64,000 bases of DNA from an uncultured Chthonomonadaceae bacterium (GTDB lineage Bacteria; Armatimonadota; Chthonomonadetes; Chthonomonadales; Chthonomonadaceae): positions 672,001 through 736,000 of the forward strand of contig CAWFQB010000001.1 in the NCBI GenBank assembly GCA_963817895.1. Direction: 5' to 3'. A model generated the notes under the pieces. It was not told the DNA's origin, made no database searches, and worked only from the letters and a program-made list of their open reading frames with translations. Position numbers and translations under genes: made by a program. Positions within the stretch are counted from its first letter, which is position 1, and every line of letters begins with the position of its first letter. This document shows, piece after piece, positions 52,194-60,688 of this stretch.

Positions 52194-54976
52194 TTAGAAA
52201 CTTCCTGACAGCGACAATAAAACTCTGCGCCCTTGCTGAAAGCGGGTTCCGCTGAAGCCGGATTGGAAGTTGATGACGGTACGGTCGTCGAAGAGGTTCT
52301 CCACGTCCAGATTCAGGCCGCCCCGGTTGTGGAAGGTTGAGGGGCCGAAACCGGCGTGAAGATTAACCTGTGTGCGGGGCGTTCGCAACGCGCTCGGCGG
52401 CACGACGCTGCTGGCAAGGCCGCTGCCGTGCTGGAGTTCCAGGCCCATCAGCGCGCCGTTGCGCCAGTGGTAGCCGAATCCGAAGCCCAATGTGTTGCGC
52501 TGGTCGTGGTCGTTGTAAGTCGGCACGATTGCGCCCGTGTTGTCCACGCCACTGGGCGCGGCGATGGAATACGTGTAGTTGAGATTGAGCGTCTATGCCC
52601 GAACGGGGCTTGCGATCCTTGCCCAGTCCGGGGACAAGATCGTAGGAGAACTCGATGCCGTGTACCCCCCCGTTCTGGAAGTTGAGCGCGGAATAGATGC
52701 CGATTTGACTGCCCGGTATCAACAATCCGGTATCCACCTGATTGCGAATGTTTTTGATGTAGTACGCGAGTGTCAGCGTCTGATTCGGCGCGAGTTGGCG
52801 CTGTATGCTGATGTCGTACTGATCCAGTGTTTCGGGTTCAATCGGCTGCCCGACAACCGCGCCCTGCGCAAGCGGCGGCGTGTTGAACAGGCGGTTGTAA
52901 CTCAGGCGCAGCGAGGTCAGGCCATCCAGCGTGTAGGAGAAGTTCAGGCGGGGCGAAAGCGTCATGGTGTCAATGATGGGCTGGCCCAAATCCTGCGACT
53001 GCCGATACCAGTCCAGACGCAGGCCGTAGTTGATGGTAAAGCGGCGCGAAGTTTTCCACGTATCCTGCGCATAAGCGGCCCGATACCAGCCGGCGCGATG
53101 CACGTTCAGCGTGGGCGACGTTGCCGGACGTGGGCGCGTATACCGAATTGCCGTTTACATCCTTCACATATACCGGATTGCCCTGATTGTCCTTCACCGG
53201 CGTTCCGCTCGCGTCCAACTGCGGCACGAATCCCCCCATCGGCGCAAGATTGGGCGCGAGGTTCGCCAGTTCGTCCAGCGCGAGACGGCTGCCGGGAACC
53301 AGATTGTACGACTCGTTGCCGTACTGGTCGTCCAGCAGAAACCCGGCCTTGAAGCGGTGCGCGGTTCTGTCCAGTGTCACGGCTCCGGTAAACTGTACAT
53401 GATGCGCGTTGCGTTTGGCGGTCGGGTTGTATTCGATGCTGTTGTCAACGGGCAGATTCATCACGTCCACAAGCGGGTTGTGGTTATTCACGTCCTGCCC
53501 GGAGTGGAGAAATGTCGCGGCAAGTTGGGCAGTATCGCGTGAGGATAGGCGATGCGTGTAGTTGAGAATGGCAAACTCGTTTAATTCGCGCTGCGTGATG
53601 TCCTGGGCGGATTGCTGCGAGGGAAGCGCCATTGTTTGCGCCCCAAGCAGGTTGGCGTTGTAATTGGGATTGGCCGGGTCGGTAACAACATCGGGGCGCG
53701 AGCCGTCGCGGTTGCGCAGTCCTAAAAAGCCAAATCCCTGCCCTGCCGAGGCGAAACTATCCGGCAGGCCCGTCCGGTTATTGATTTGAAGCGTACTTGG
53801 ATTGTTGCTCAGGGTGAGAGTCAGGGTGTCTTTACTGCTCGGCGCGTAGCGAAACTTGCCGAAGTAGCTCTGGTCCGAACCGGCATTGTGCGCGGTCTGA
53901 TTATCGGGCTGCTGCGGCTCGACGGCGTTGCGGGAACGGGTCGCGCCGACATTGAACACGTAACTGGCGCGTTTGCCCAGCGGCCCTTCCCACGTAAAGT
54001 TGCCGTTGGTCGTGTCGTAAGAGCCGCCGTCAAATTCTAAATCCGCATGGGGCTTGCGCGCGCCGGGGAGAGTGGTAATATCCAGAATGGCCGCTGTCTG
54101 CCCGCCGAATTCCGGCGCGTACGCGCCCGTCAGAAACGACAGGCTCTGGATGGTAGACGGCACAATGATGGAACCCTGCCGCCCCGAAAGCGTGTCGGGC
54201 AACTGAACGCCATCTATCACATACGCGATTTCGGCATGTTCGCCCCGGACGTGTTCCTGCCCCGCCGAGTCGGACGTAACGGAGGGCAAGCCCTCAATCA
54301 GTTTGTTGGGGCTGCTGCCCGCGCCCGTTTTTTCTTTAATCTGATTGGCGTTGACCGTAACAGCGGGGGTCGGCTGTTCCCGGCGCAGAAGCGTGGCGCG
54401 AACGATAATAGTAATATCCCGAACGGGAGGCTGCGCCTGTGTACCTGTTTGTGTTTGTTGATTCGGCTGCGCCTGCCCGCCCGCCTGCGTTGCGCCTGCC
54501 GCTGTTGTCGGCGGCTGCGCCTGCGTATGCAGAGTCAGGCTTGAACCCGCCACAAGGGTAATCACCACTTCAACCGGCTTCCCATTGCCTGTTCCGGCTT
54601 TTCCCGCCTGTGAAACTGTACTCCCGTCCGTCGCGCAAATATCCCACGCGGAAACGTCAAAAGTGGCTGTCGGGGCAGGCGTGAACACGCCCGTCAACAA
54701 TCGTTTTGTAATCCGCCTGCCGCTTGTATCCTCAATCGTTACCGACGCGCCCGCTATTGCCCGATGCGTAACCGGGTCCACCACGACGAAGCGCAAGCGG
54801 GGGGTGGCAAAGGATGAAGGATGAAGGATGAAGGATGAATCTTCACTGGCGTGAGCGGAGGCGGCAAAGAAACATACAGGCGCAAACAGCATCAGCGATT
54901 GAACGGCGCGTAGCCCTAACGCCAGTGACTTACGGATAATAATTGGGCTTGCAATGCGCGTAAATTCATCCTTCAT
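52194..54976 (-). CDS. TonB-dependent outer-membrane receptor (frameshifts near 53120 and 52590)
   Basis: Plug motifs HVRGEH...IDGV and GAYAPEFGG; barrel motifs YAQDTW, NYGLRLD, LSPRL, ENLFD; C-terminal F. Confidence 0.9.
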
Positions 54977-54997
54977 CCTTCATCCTTCATCCTTTGC
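54807..54997. repeat. Perfect 34-bp inverted repeat of (GGATGAA)4 flanking the receptor's signal-peptide coding region
   Basis: 54807-54840 is the exact reverse complement of 54964-54997. Confidence 0.92.
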
Positions 54998-55003
54998 TAT
55001 CTC

Positions 55004-55861
55004 TCAACTCACCTGAAATTCGATGTGCAGGCGGACGCGGCTTTCAACCGGCTGGCCGTCCCGCGTGGCGGGCTTAAACTTCCATTTGCGGGCCGTGTCG
55101 AGCGCGATTTGATCCAGTTTGTCGTTGCCCGTCGGCTGCATCAGCCGGACACTCGTAGAATTGCCCCCGGCGTCTACCGTGATCTCGACCACAACCGTTT
55201 TGTCCAGCGCCGTACCCCGCAAATCATCCGGCAGGCTCGGCTGCGGCGCGAACGTTTGCGCGGCTTCGGTAAACACAGGCGCGCGCGGGGCAGGCATGGG
55301 TTCGGGCTTCGGCTCCGGTTTGGGTTCCGGCTTTGGCTCGATGACTTTGGCAATTTGCGCGGGCGACTTGGCCGCTTCGGTTTTAGGTTCCGTCTTCGGC
55401 TCGGCCTTTGGTTCAGCTTTGGGTTCCGGTTCGGTTGCTTTCACCGTTGGCTGCGTCACGTCGGCTTTGGGCGTGGGAATCTCGCCCGCTTTGCCTGTCC
55501 CCTGCTCCACGCCGCCACTCGCATCATCCCCGCCCCCACCCGTCGCAAGCGCCAGTTTCGGCTGATTGAGATTAGTTCGGACGGCTGCCCGCTGTTGATG
55601 CGGCGTTGTCGCGTTCGATTTTTTCGCGGTCTGCGCAGCCTTTTGCGGTTTGGCTTTGGCTTCCTTCTTTTGCGCTTCCGGCGGCTTCACCTGTGGCGGC
55701 GGGGGCAGATTGACAATCTTCACCTCGCCCACAATGAACTGCTGCTTGATCTTCTTGAACGCCCCGAAATGCGCCAGAACCGGCAGCAACAGGATGTGCG
55801 CCAGTATGGAGATGCCGATAATCCGCATCAAGAGCGGGTTGCTCTGTCTTCGTCGTCGCAT
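55004..55861 (-). CDS. tonB: TonB energy transducer
   Basis: N-terminal TM with SILAH; EPKP repeats; TonB_C LDQIALDTARKWKFKPATRDGQPV. Confidence 0.9.
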   Translation of the reverse strand: MRRRRQSNPLLMRIIGISILAHILLLPVLAHFGAFKKIKQQFIVGEVKIVNLPPPPQVKPPEAQKKEAKAKPQKAAQTAKKSNATTPHQQRAAVRTNLNQPKLALATGGGGDDASGGVEQGTGKAGEIPTPKADVTQPTVKATEPEPKAEPKAEPKTEPKTEAAKSPAQIAKVIEPKPEPKPEPKPEPMPAPRAPVFTEAAQTFAPQPSLPDDLRGTALDKTVVVEITVDAGGNSTSVRLMQPTGNDKLDQIALDTARKWKFKPATRDGQPVESRVRLHIEFQVS

Positions 55862-55979
55862 AAAACCTCCTGCGGAGGTAGGTTGTTAGTTGTCAGGTTG
55901 TTAGTTGTCAGGTAAAAACAGGCCTGTGCGCGAATTTCCTAACAACCTGATAACCTAACAACTAACAACTAACAACCTA
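55851..55979. repeat. Inverted (GTTGTTA/TAACAAC) heptamer cassette, copy 1
   Basis: Near-duplicate of 56377-56506. Confidence 0.85.
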
Positions 55980-56387
55980 TTTCTCCGTCGCAAACGCAAA
56001 GCGCAGGATGCCGGTTTTGCGGGCGGCGTCCATTGCGGCGATGACCAGACCATGCTGTACGTGCTGGTCGGCGTTCAGAATAATCAGGTCTTTGTCGTTG
56101 AGATTGAGCGTTTTCAATTCCGCTTCCAGTGTTTCCAGCGTCACCACTTTGGTGTTCAGATAGATGGAATTGTCGGCGCGAATGGTAATCGTGACATTCT
56201 GCGCGGCGTGTTCGCTGCCCGTCGCGGCTTTGGGCAGATTGACCGGAATACCGGACTGCACCACCATCGCCAGCGAAGCGACCATAAAGAAGAACAGCAG
56301 AAACATCATCACGTCAATCATGGGAATGACAATGATTTCCGCCTCTTCCAGCGCTTTGCGCCTGCTGATTTTAACTCGTCGTCGCAT
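55977..56387 (-). CDS. exbD: ExbD/TolR
   Basis: IPMIDVMMFLLFFFMV, IPVNLPKA, LNAD..V.HG. Confidence 0.92.
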   Translation of the reverse strand: MRRRVKISRRKALEEAEIIVIPMIDVMMFLLFFFMVASLAMVVQSGIPVNLPKAATGSEHAAQNVTITIRADNSIYLNTKVVTLETLEAELKTLNLNDKDLIILNADQHVQHGLVIAAMDAARKTGILRFAFATEK

Positions 56388-56506
56388 AGAACCTCCTGCG
56401 GAGATAGGTTGTTAGGTTGTTAGTTATTAGGTTGTTAGGTAAACGCAAGCAGGCGCCTGAATTTCCTATCTACCTAACAACTAACAACTAACAACCTAAC
56501 AACCTA
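56377..56506. repeat. Inverted (GTTGTTA/TAACAAC) heptamer cassette, copy 2
   Basis: Near-duplicate of 55851-55979. Confidence 0.85.
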
Positions 56507-57130
56507 ATCAATCCTTCCCGTCAGATAGTTGACGAGTTCCGCGCCGTAATACTCCATGTCTTCCACGATCTTGCGGGTCAGGTTGGAGTAGTAGTTGAAA
56601 AAGATGAAGCCGACAACGGCCAGCGTGATTCCGGTTGCGGTAGAAATCAGGGCTTCGGAAATGCCGCCCAAAACGGCTGTCGGATTGCTCAATCCCTGCT
56701 GCGAGGCGGCGCGGAAGGACGAAATCATGCCCGCAATCGTGCCAAGCAGTCCGAGCAGGGGCGCGATGTTGATGATGGTTTTGATGACAGGCAGGTTGGC
56801 TTCCAGTTGGGGCGTTTCGTTGGCGGCCTCCTGCTCCATTGCCATCTCAATCGCGTCGGCGTTGCGATGCGCGTTGCGCAGGCCGCGCGCGAACATGCGT
56901 CCGAGCGGCCCGCCCGTACTCTGGCATAATGCCATCGCTTTGGTATTGTCCGGTTCCGGTCCTGCCGGACGAACAGACTTGATTTCGTCCAGCAATGCGT
57001 CGCCATCTACGGACGCTTTGCGCAACGTAATCGCGCGCTCGACGATTAGCGCAATCATCACAATGGAGCAGAGGATGAGCGGATACATCATCACGCCGCC
57101 ATTGCGGATAAAGGTCAGCACCGAATTCAT
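56504..57130 (-). CDS. exbB: ExbB/TolQ/MotA proton channel
   Basis: GGVMMYPL, IAPLLGLLGTIAGMISSF, GGISEALISTATG. Confidence 0.92.
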   Translation of the reverse strand: MNSVLTFIRNGGVMMYPLILCSIVMIALIVERAITLRKASVDGDALLDEIKSVRPAGPEPDNTKAMALCQSTGGPLGRMFARGLRNAHRNADAIEMAMEQEAANETPQLEANLPVIKTIINIAPLLGLLGTIAGMISSFRAASQQGLSNPTAVLGGISEALISTATGITLAVVGFIFFNYYSNLTRKIVEDMEYYGAELVNYLTGRID

Positions 57131-57322
57131 AAGGCACTACTTTCTGAAATTATAACAACAAACGGACAATAGACGTTAGGTTCGACGGAACATTCGAGTG
57201 GCAAACGCAGACACGCCTTCACCGCCGGATAATCTCCTGCCGGGGCCGGGATTACGGGGTGATATGCGATTACAGCGCCAAACAAATTGGTTTCTGTCGA
57301 AAAGAGGCAAACGGAGAGTGAA

Positions 57323-57709
57323 TTAAACGATTGGAGGGGCGCGGGAACTGGAGCGAACCGAAAAAGCCCGCGTAACGGGCGTGGAATGGCGAACATAAGC
57401 GCAGGTGAATGTCAGGGGGGCGGCAAAACGCCAGAAGGCGACGACGCGCCCCTGACTGTCGGCCTGCCAGTCGCAAAAGGCGCAGTGAGACGGGGAGGCA
57501 AGCGTTTGCCTGCCGATCTTCGCCTGCGCCTGCTCATGCCCAACGGATGCCTGACGGAAACTATGAACCTCATTGCCGCTGCTATGAATATCACCGGGCG
57601 CGTGGGTATGCGTGACCATGCCGAACGTGCAAAGAAACACATACAGCAGAGCCACAAGAGCGGATTGCGCGCGGGCCGGTATGAAGTTGTGGAGCAGGCG
57701 TTGGCGCAA
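57323..57709 (-). CDS. DUF2946/CruR-like leader protein (TM, HxH, HCxxC, C-terminal RAPP)
   Basis: Hydrophobic segment, THTH, HCAFC, and ends SSRAPPIV*. Confidence 0.75.
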   Translation of the reverse strand: MRQRLLHNFIPARAQSALVALLYVFLCTFGMVTHTHAPGDIHSSGNEVHSFRQASVGHEQAQAKIGRQTLASPSHCAFCDWQADSQGRVVAFWRFAAPLTFTCAYVRHSTPVTRAFSVRSSSRAPPIV

Positions 57710-57763
57710 AGTTAGGGTTTCTTGTGAAAAACAGAAAAGACACTTACCCTATTATATCACAAT

Positions 57764-58690
57764 TTACCGTTCCTTCAGCACGGGAATTTCAAAGCGCGGA
57801 ACGCCGCCGCGTCCGTATTCGCTCACCTGTTCCATGACGATATGCTGAAATTCATCGGCGCGTTCACTGTGCTTCGGGTACAGCGCGATCAGGTCACGGG
57901 CAAACTGCACCTGCGTGGCCTGTTCGCGAATGGTGAACAGCAGGGGAACACAATCCCGCAGCGCGGCGCGCTGCTGCGCTGCATCGCTCAAGTTGTAGCG
58001 GCCCAGCGCGGCAAGGAGGGATTGTTGATACTCCATCACGATCTGCGGGGTGTAGTGGTAGGGATCGGCATGGCGCAGCCAGCGCATGACGCGCCGCCAC
58101 CATCCCACCAGCCGCTTGCGGAATCCGGCTTCGGTAACTTCGCGCCGGGCATTAGCGCGGGTATTAACAACCGCTTCATTGCCGCGCGCGCCATGCAGGA
58201 CGCGGTGAAGTTCCAGCCGCTCCATGACCTGTCCCGCCAGCGTTTGCAGCCGATGAGTTTGAGCCGCGCTGAATTCGCGCGGCGCGTGGTCGAGTACACA
58301 GACAGTGCCGATGGAATAGCCGTCCGGCGTAACAAGCGACGCGCCCGCGTAAAATCGGATATGCGGAGCGTCCGTTACCAGAGGGTTGTCGGCAAAACGG
58401 GGGTCGCGCCGCGCATCCGGCACAATCAGGGGACTGCTTTCAAGAATCGTATGTCCACAAAAAGCGACATCGCGGGGGGTGCTGCGCGTTTCCAGTCCAA
58501 AATGAGATTTGAACCACTGTCGGTTGGTATCCACCAGACTGATGAGGCTCATGGGCATTCGCAATTGCGCGGCGGCGGCGCTCGTCAGGTTGTCGAACGC
58601 GGGTTCTTCGGGGGTATCCAGTATGTGGTAGCGATACAACGCCCGCAGGCGGTCATTCTCGTTTTGGGGCAGGGCGGCGCAAACAGTCAT
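57764..58690 (-). CDS. GAF domain protein with an unknown C-terminal domain
   Basis: NENDRLRALYRYHILDT, RQWFKS, FCGHTI, DPRFADNPLV, IRFYAGA. Confidence 0.85.
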   Translation of the reverse strand: MTVCAALPQNENDRLRALYRYHILDTPEEPAFDNLTSAAAAQLRMPMSLISLVDTNRQWFKSHFGLETRSTPRDVAFCGHTILESSPLIVPDARRDPRFADNPLVTDAPHIRFYAGASLVTPDGYSIGTVCVLDHAPREFSAAQTHRLQTLAGQVMERLELHRVLHGARGNEAVVNTRANARREVTEAGFRKRLVGWWRRVMRWLRHADPYHYTPQIVMEYQQSLLAALGRYNLSDAAQQRAALRDCVPLLFTIREQATQVQFARDLIALYPKHSERADEFQHIVMEQVSEYGRGGVPRFEIPVLKER

Positions 58691-58870
58691 AGCGACATTC
58701 CTTCAATTCGACTTACGGCTAAATATTAGCCAATGGGGAGAATGGAAATCTGCTTCCATTATACCCGCCCGCGAAGTGAAAAACACTGATAATAAGCCGA
58801 AAGTGATGTGCAAGTATACTGTACTATTCATCAGGATTCGCCTCTCCCCCTTGTGAAAGTGTCGGAATTA

Positions 58871-58910
58871 GCCCCTCTCCCAGAGTTGGGAGAGGGGTTA
58901 GGGTGAGGGC
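58871..58910. repeat. CCCCTCTCCC...GGGAGAGGGGTTAGGGTGAGGG REP-like element
   Basis: Hairpin plus tail, related to 8514-8560 and 20930-20988. Confidence 0.7.
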
Positions 58911-58913
58911 CAT

Positions 58914-59159
58914 TCAGTTGTCCGTATTTTGAGGCGGCGGTTTGGCGGCAGGAACCGCGTCCGGGGGCGGGGGAACAATGCGGTTGTCAGCAGTCACCCA
59001 GACGTTCGGGTCCCACTTGCTCCGGCGCGGCCCGGTATAGTACCCCGCGCCGGGAGTGGTCGTCTGCTGTGACTGCCGGGAGAATATCACCAGCAGAATG
59101 GCGGCAAGGCACAACCCGCCAAGCAAAAGCGCTATCTGTCGAGAACGAGCCATGCTCAT
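58914..59159 (-). CDS. Small membrane-anchored protein with an AGYYTGP motif
   Basis: TM IALLLGGLCLAAILLVIF; PGAGYYTGP; Pro-rich tail. Confidence 0.7.
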   Translation of the reverse strand: MSMARSRQIALLLGGLCLAAILLVIFSRQSQQTTTPGAGYYTGPRRSKWDPNVWVTADNRIVPPPPDAVPAAKPPPQNTDN

Positions 59160-59171
59160 ACCCTCATGTCG

Positions 59172-59363
59172 TCACTGTTCGGTGTTGCCTTTTGCCGCGC
59201 CGCCGGGCGGGGGCGTTTTTGCCGCTTTGGGACCGGTGTAGTAACCGGCAGCCGCAGGGGGCGTGTCATCTTTTTTGCCGCAGCCGGAAAGCGCAATGGA
59301 GAACGCGCCGAAGGTCAGGGGCAGCAGCAACAGGGTGGCAAGAGATTTGCGTGTCGTTTTCAT
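59172..59363 (-). CDS. Small lipoprotein with an AGYYTGP motif
   Basis: Lipobox LSGC; AAAGYYTGP. Confidence 0.75.
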   Translation of the reverse strand: MKTTRKSLATLLLLPLTFGAFSIALSGCGKKDDTPPAAAGYYTGPKAAKTPPPGGAAKGNTEQ

Positions 59364-59381
59364 GGCGTTCGATCCCCCTGT

Positions 59382-60191
59382 TTAGAAGTCCACCGGGTAG
59401 GTGAAGTAACGCTCATAGTACATGCCATTCTTCACGGCAAGGTAGCGCTCGGCGTTCGCCACAATGCGTTTGGCATGGCCATCAAGAAAGACGAAGTTGC
59501 CGCCGCCCTGGTGCATGGCCGCCGACTCGCATCCGAATGCAATCGTGATGCCGGTGTTAGCCGCTGTCTTCGCCGTGATGCCATCGGCAATCAGAGCGGT
59601 TTCCGCCGGACGCGCAACGGCGGCCAGGAATACAACGACGGTGGAAGCGGCATCACTGATCAGGCCGCCGGGGTATTGCAGAAACGGATCGGACTGTGTG
59701 CCGGAACCTAGCATCGTCGGCATCTGGAAGGCAATGCCGTAATCGGCGTATTGTTCGTAGGGCTTGGGATCGAATGAGGAGTGGAGGCTGCCGGCGTCGC
59801 AGTCCGACTTGTCGGACGCTTCATACACTTTGTCCAGACTCCAGGAGGGGCATTTGAACACGCCGTTGGAACCGTAAAAACCGTTTGTTCCAATGGTGGC
59901 GCCGTTCTTTATATACGGCTGAAGCAGGGCGCACCAGGTTTTCTGGCCGACGGGCCGCGTGTCGCCCGACTTGCTGCTGATGTACCAGGGGACAATGGCC
60001 TCGTCAAAGTCCTGCGCGTACATCAGCATGGACGTGCCGATCTGCTTCTCGTTGGACAGGCAGGAGACAGCGCGGGCTTTTTCGCGCGCCTGAGCAAATA
60101 CGGGGAACAGAATGGCCGCAAGAATAGCAATAATAGCGATAACCACGAGCAGCTCGATGAGGGTAAAACCTCGTCTTTTCAAGGTCAACAT
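59382..60191 (-). CDS. Prepilin-type N-terminal cleavage/methylation protein with an H-X9-DG motif (DUF1559-like)
   Basis: [35 protein letters not shown]...[23 protein letters not shown]. Confidence 0.92.
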   Translation of the reverse strand: MLTLKRRGFTLIELLVVIAIIAILAAILFPVFAQAREKARAVSCLSNEKQIGTSMLMYAQDFDEAIVPWYISSKSGDTRPVGQKTWCALLQPYIKNGATIGTNGFYGSNGVFKCPSWSLDKVYEASDKSDCDAGSLHSSFDPKPYEQYADYGIAFQMPTMLGSGTQSDPFLQYPGGLISDAASTVVVFLAAVARPAETALIADGITAKTAANTGITIAFGCESAAMHQGGGNFVFLDGHAKRIVANAERYLAVKNGMYYERYFTYPVDF

Positions 60192-60688
60192 TTCTTCCCT
60201 TCCTATTTTCTTCTCTCCAAAAATGGCAGCGTCACGCGCCGACTGCAAATGAAAAACGACGCGGACATGCAGAGCCATTCCGAAAACAAACACAATGGTT
60301 TCGTTTCCTGTGTAGCGACAATGCAAACCCGCGTCTATGCGTAAGCCCATTATATCAGCAGTTTCGGCGTTTGTAAAGCGGCACAGACGCTAATTAGACC
60401 GGAATGTTATCTTTTTTGTCAAAATTTTCGCCTATTGTGACAAATATACGTCTACAAATAGGCACTAATCCGCTTGATTTTTATCATTTACGCCATTTTA
60501 AACCTGATTTGGGAAACGGGGAGGAAGTTTCGGCGGCGAGTGCAGAATTGCCATTGCAGGATGCGAGGGCGCTTCTTTACCTCTTCGGAACAGTTTCCAC
60601 AGGAAGTTTCACAGGAACGCCACGCCCGTATTTTGCAGCCTCGCAGCAATACAATTGACCAACAATCTATACAGCAAAGGATGAAACA

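Noticed and set aside
55270..55435. EPKP/EPKA tandem repeats as a separate element
   Set aside because: Normal Pro-rich periplasmic spacer of TonB.
2974..56506. Heptamer arrays as CRISPR repeats
   Set aside because: Units are 7 nt, contiguous and inverted, with no unique spacers and no cas genes.
57131..57322. Cobalamin or other riboswitch upstream of exbB
   Set aside because: No B12-box or other aptamer consensus seen; the RAPP leader ORF explains the region better.
60585..60620. GTTTCCACAGGAAGTTTCACAGGAAC as a parS site
   Set aside because: Does not fit the 16-bp TGTTTCACGTGAAACA palindrome; it is only a short imperfect direct repeat.
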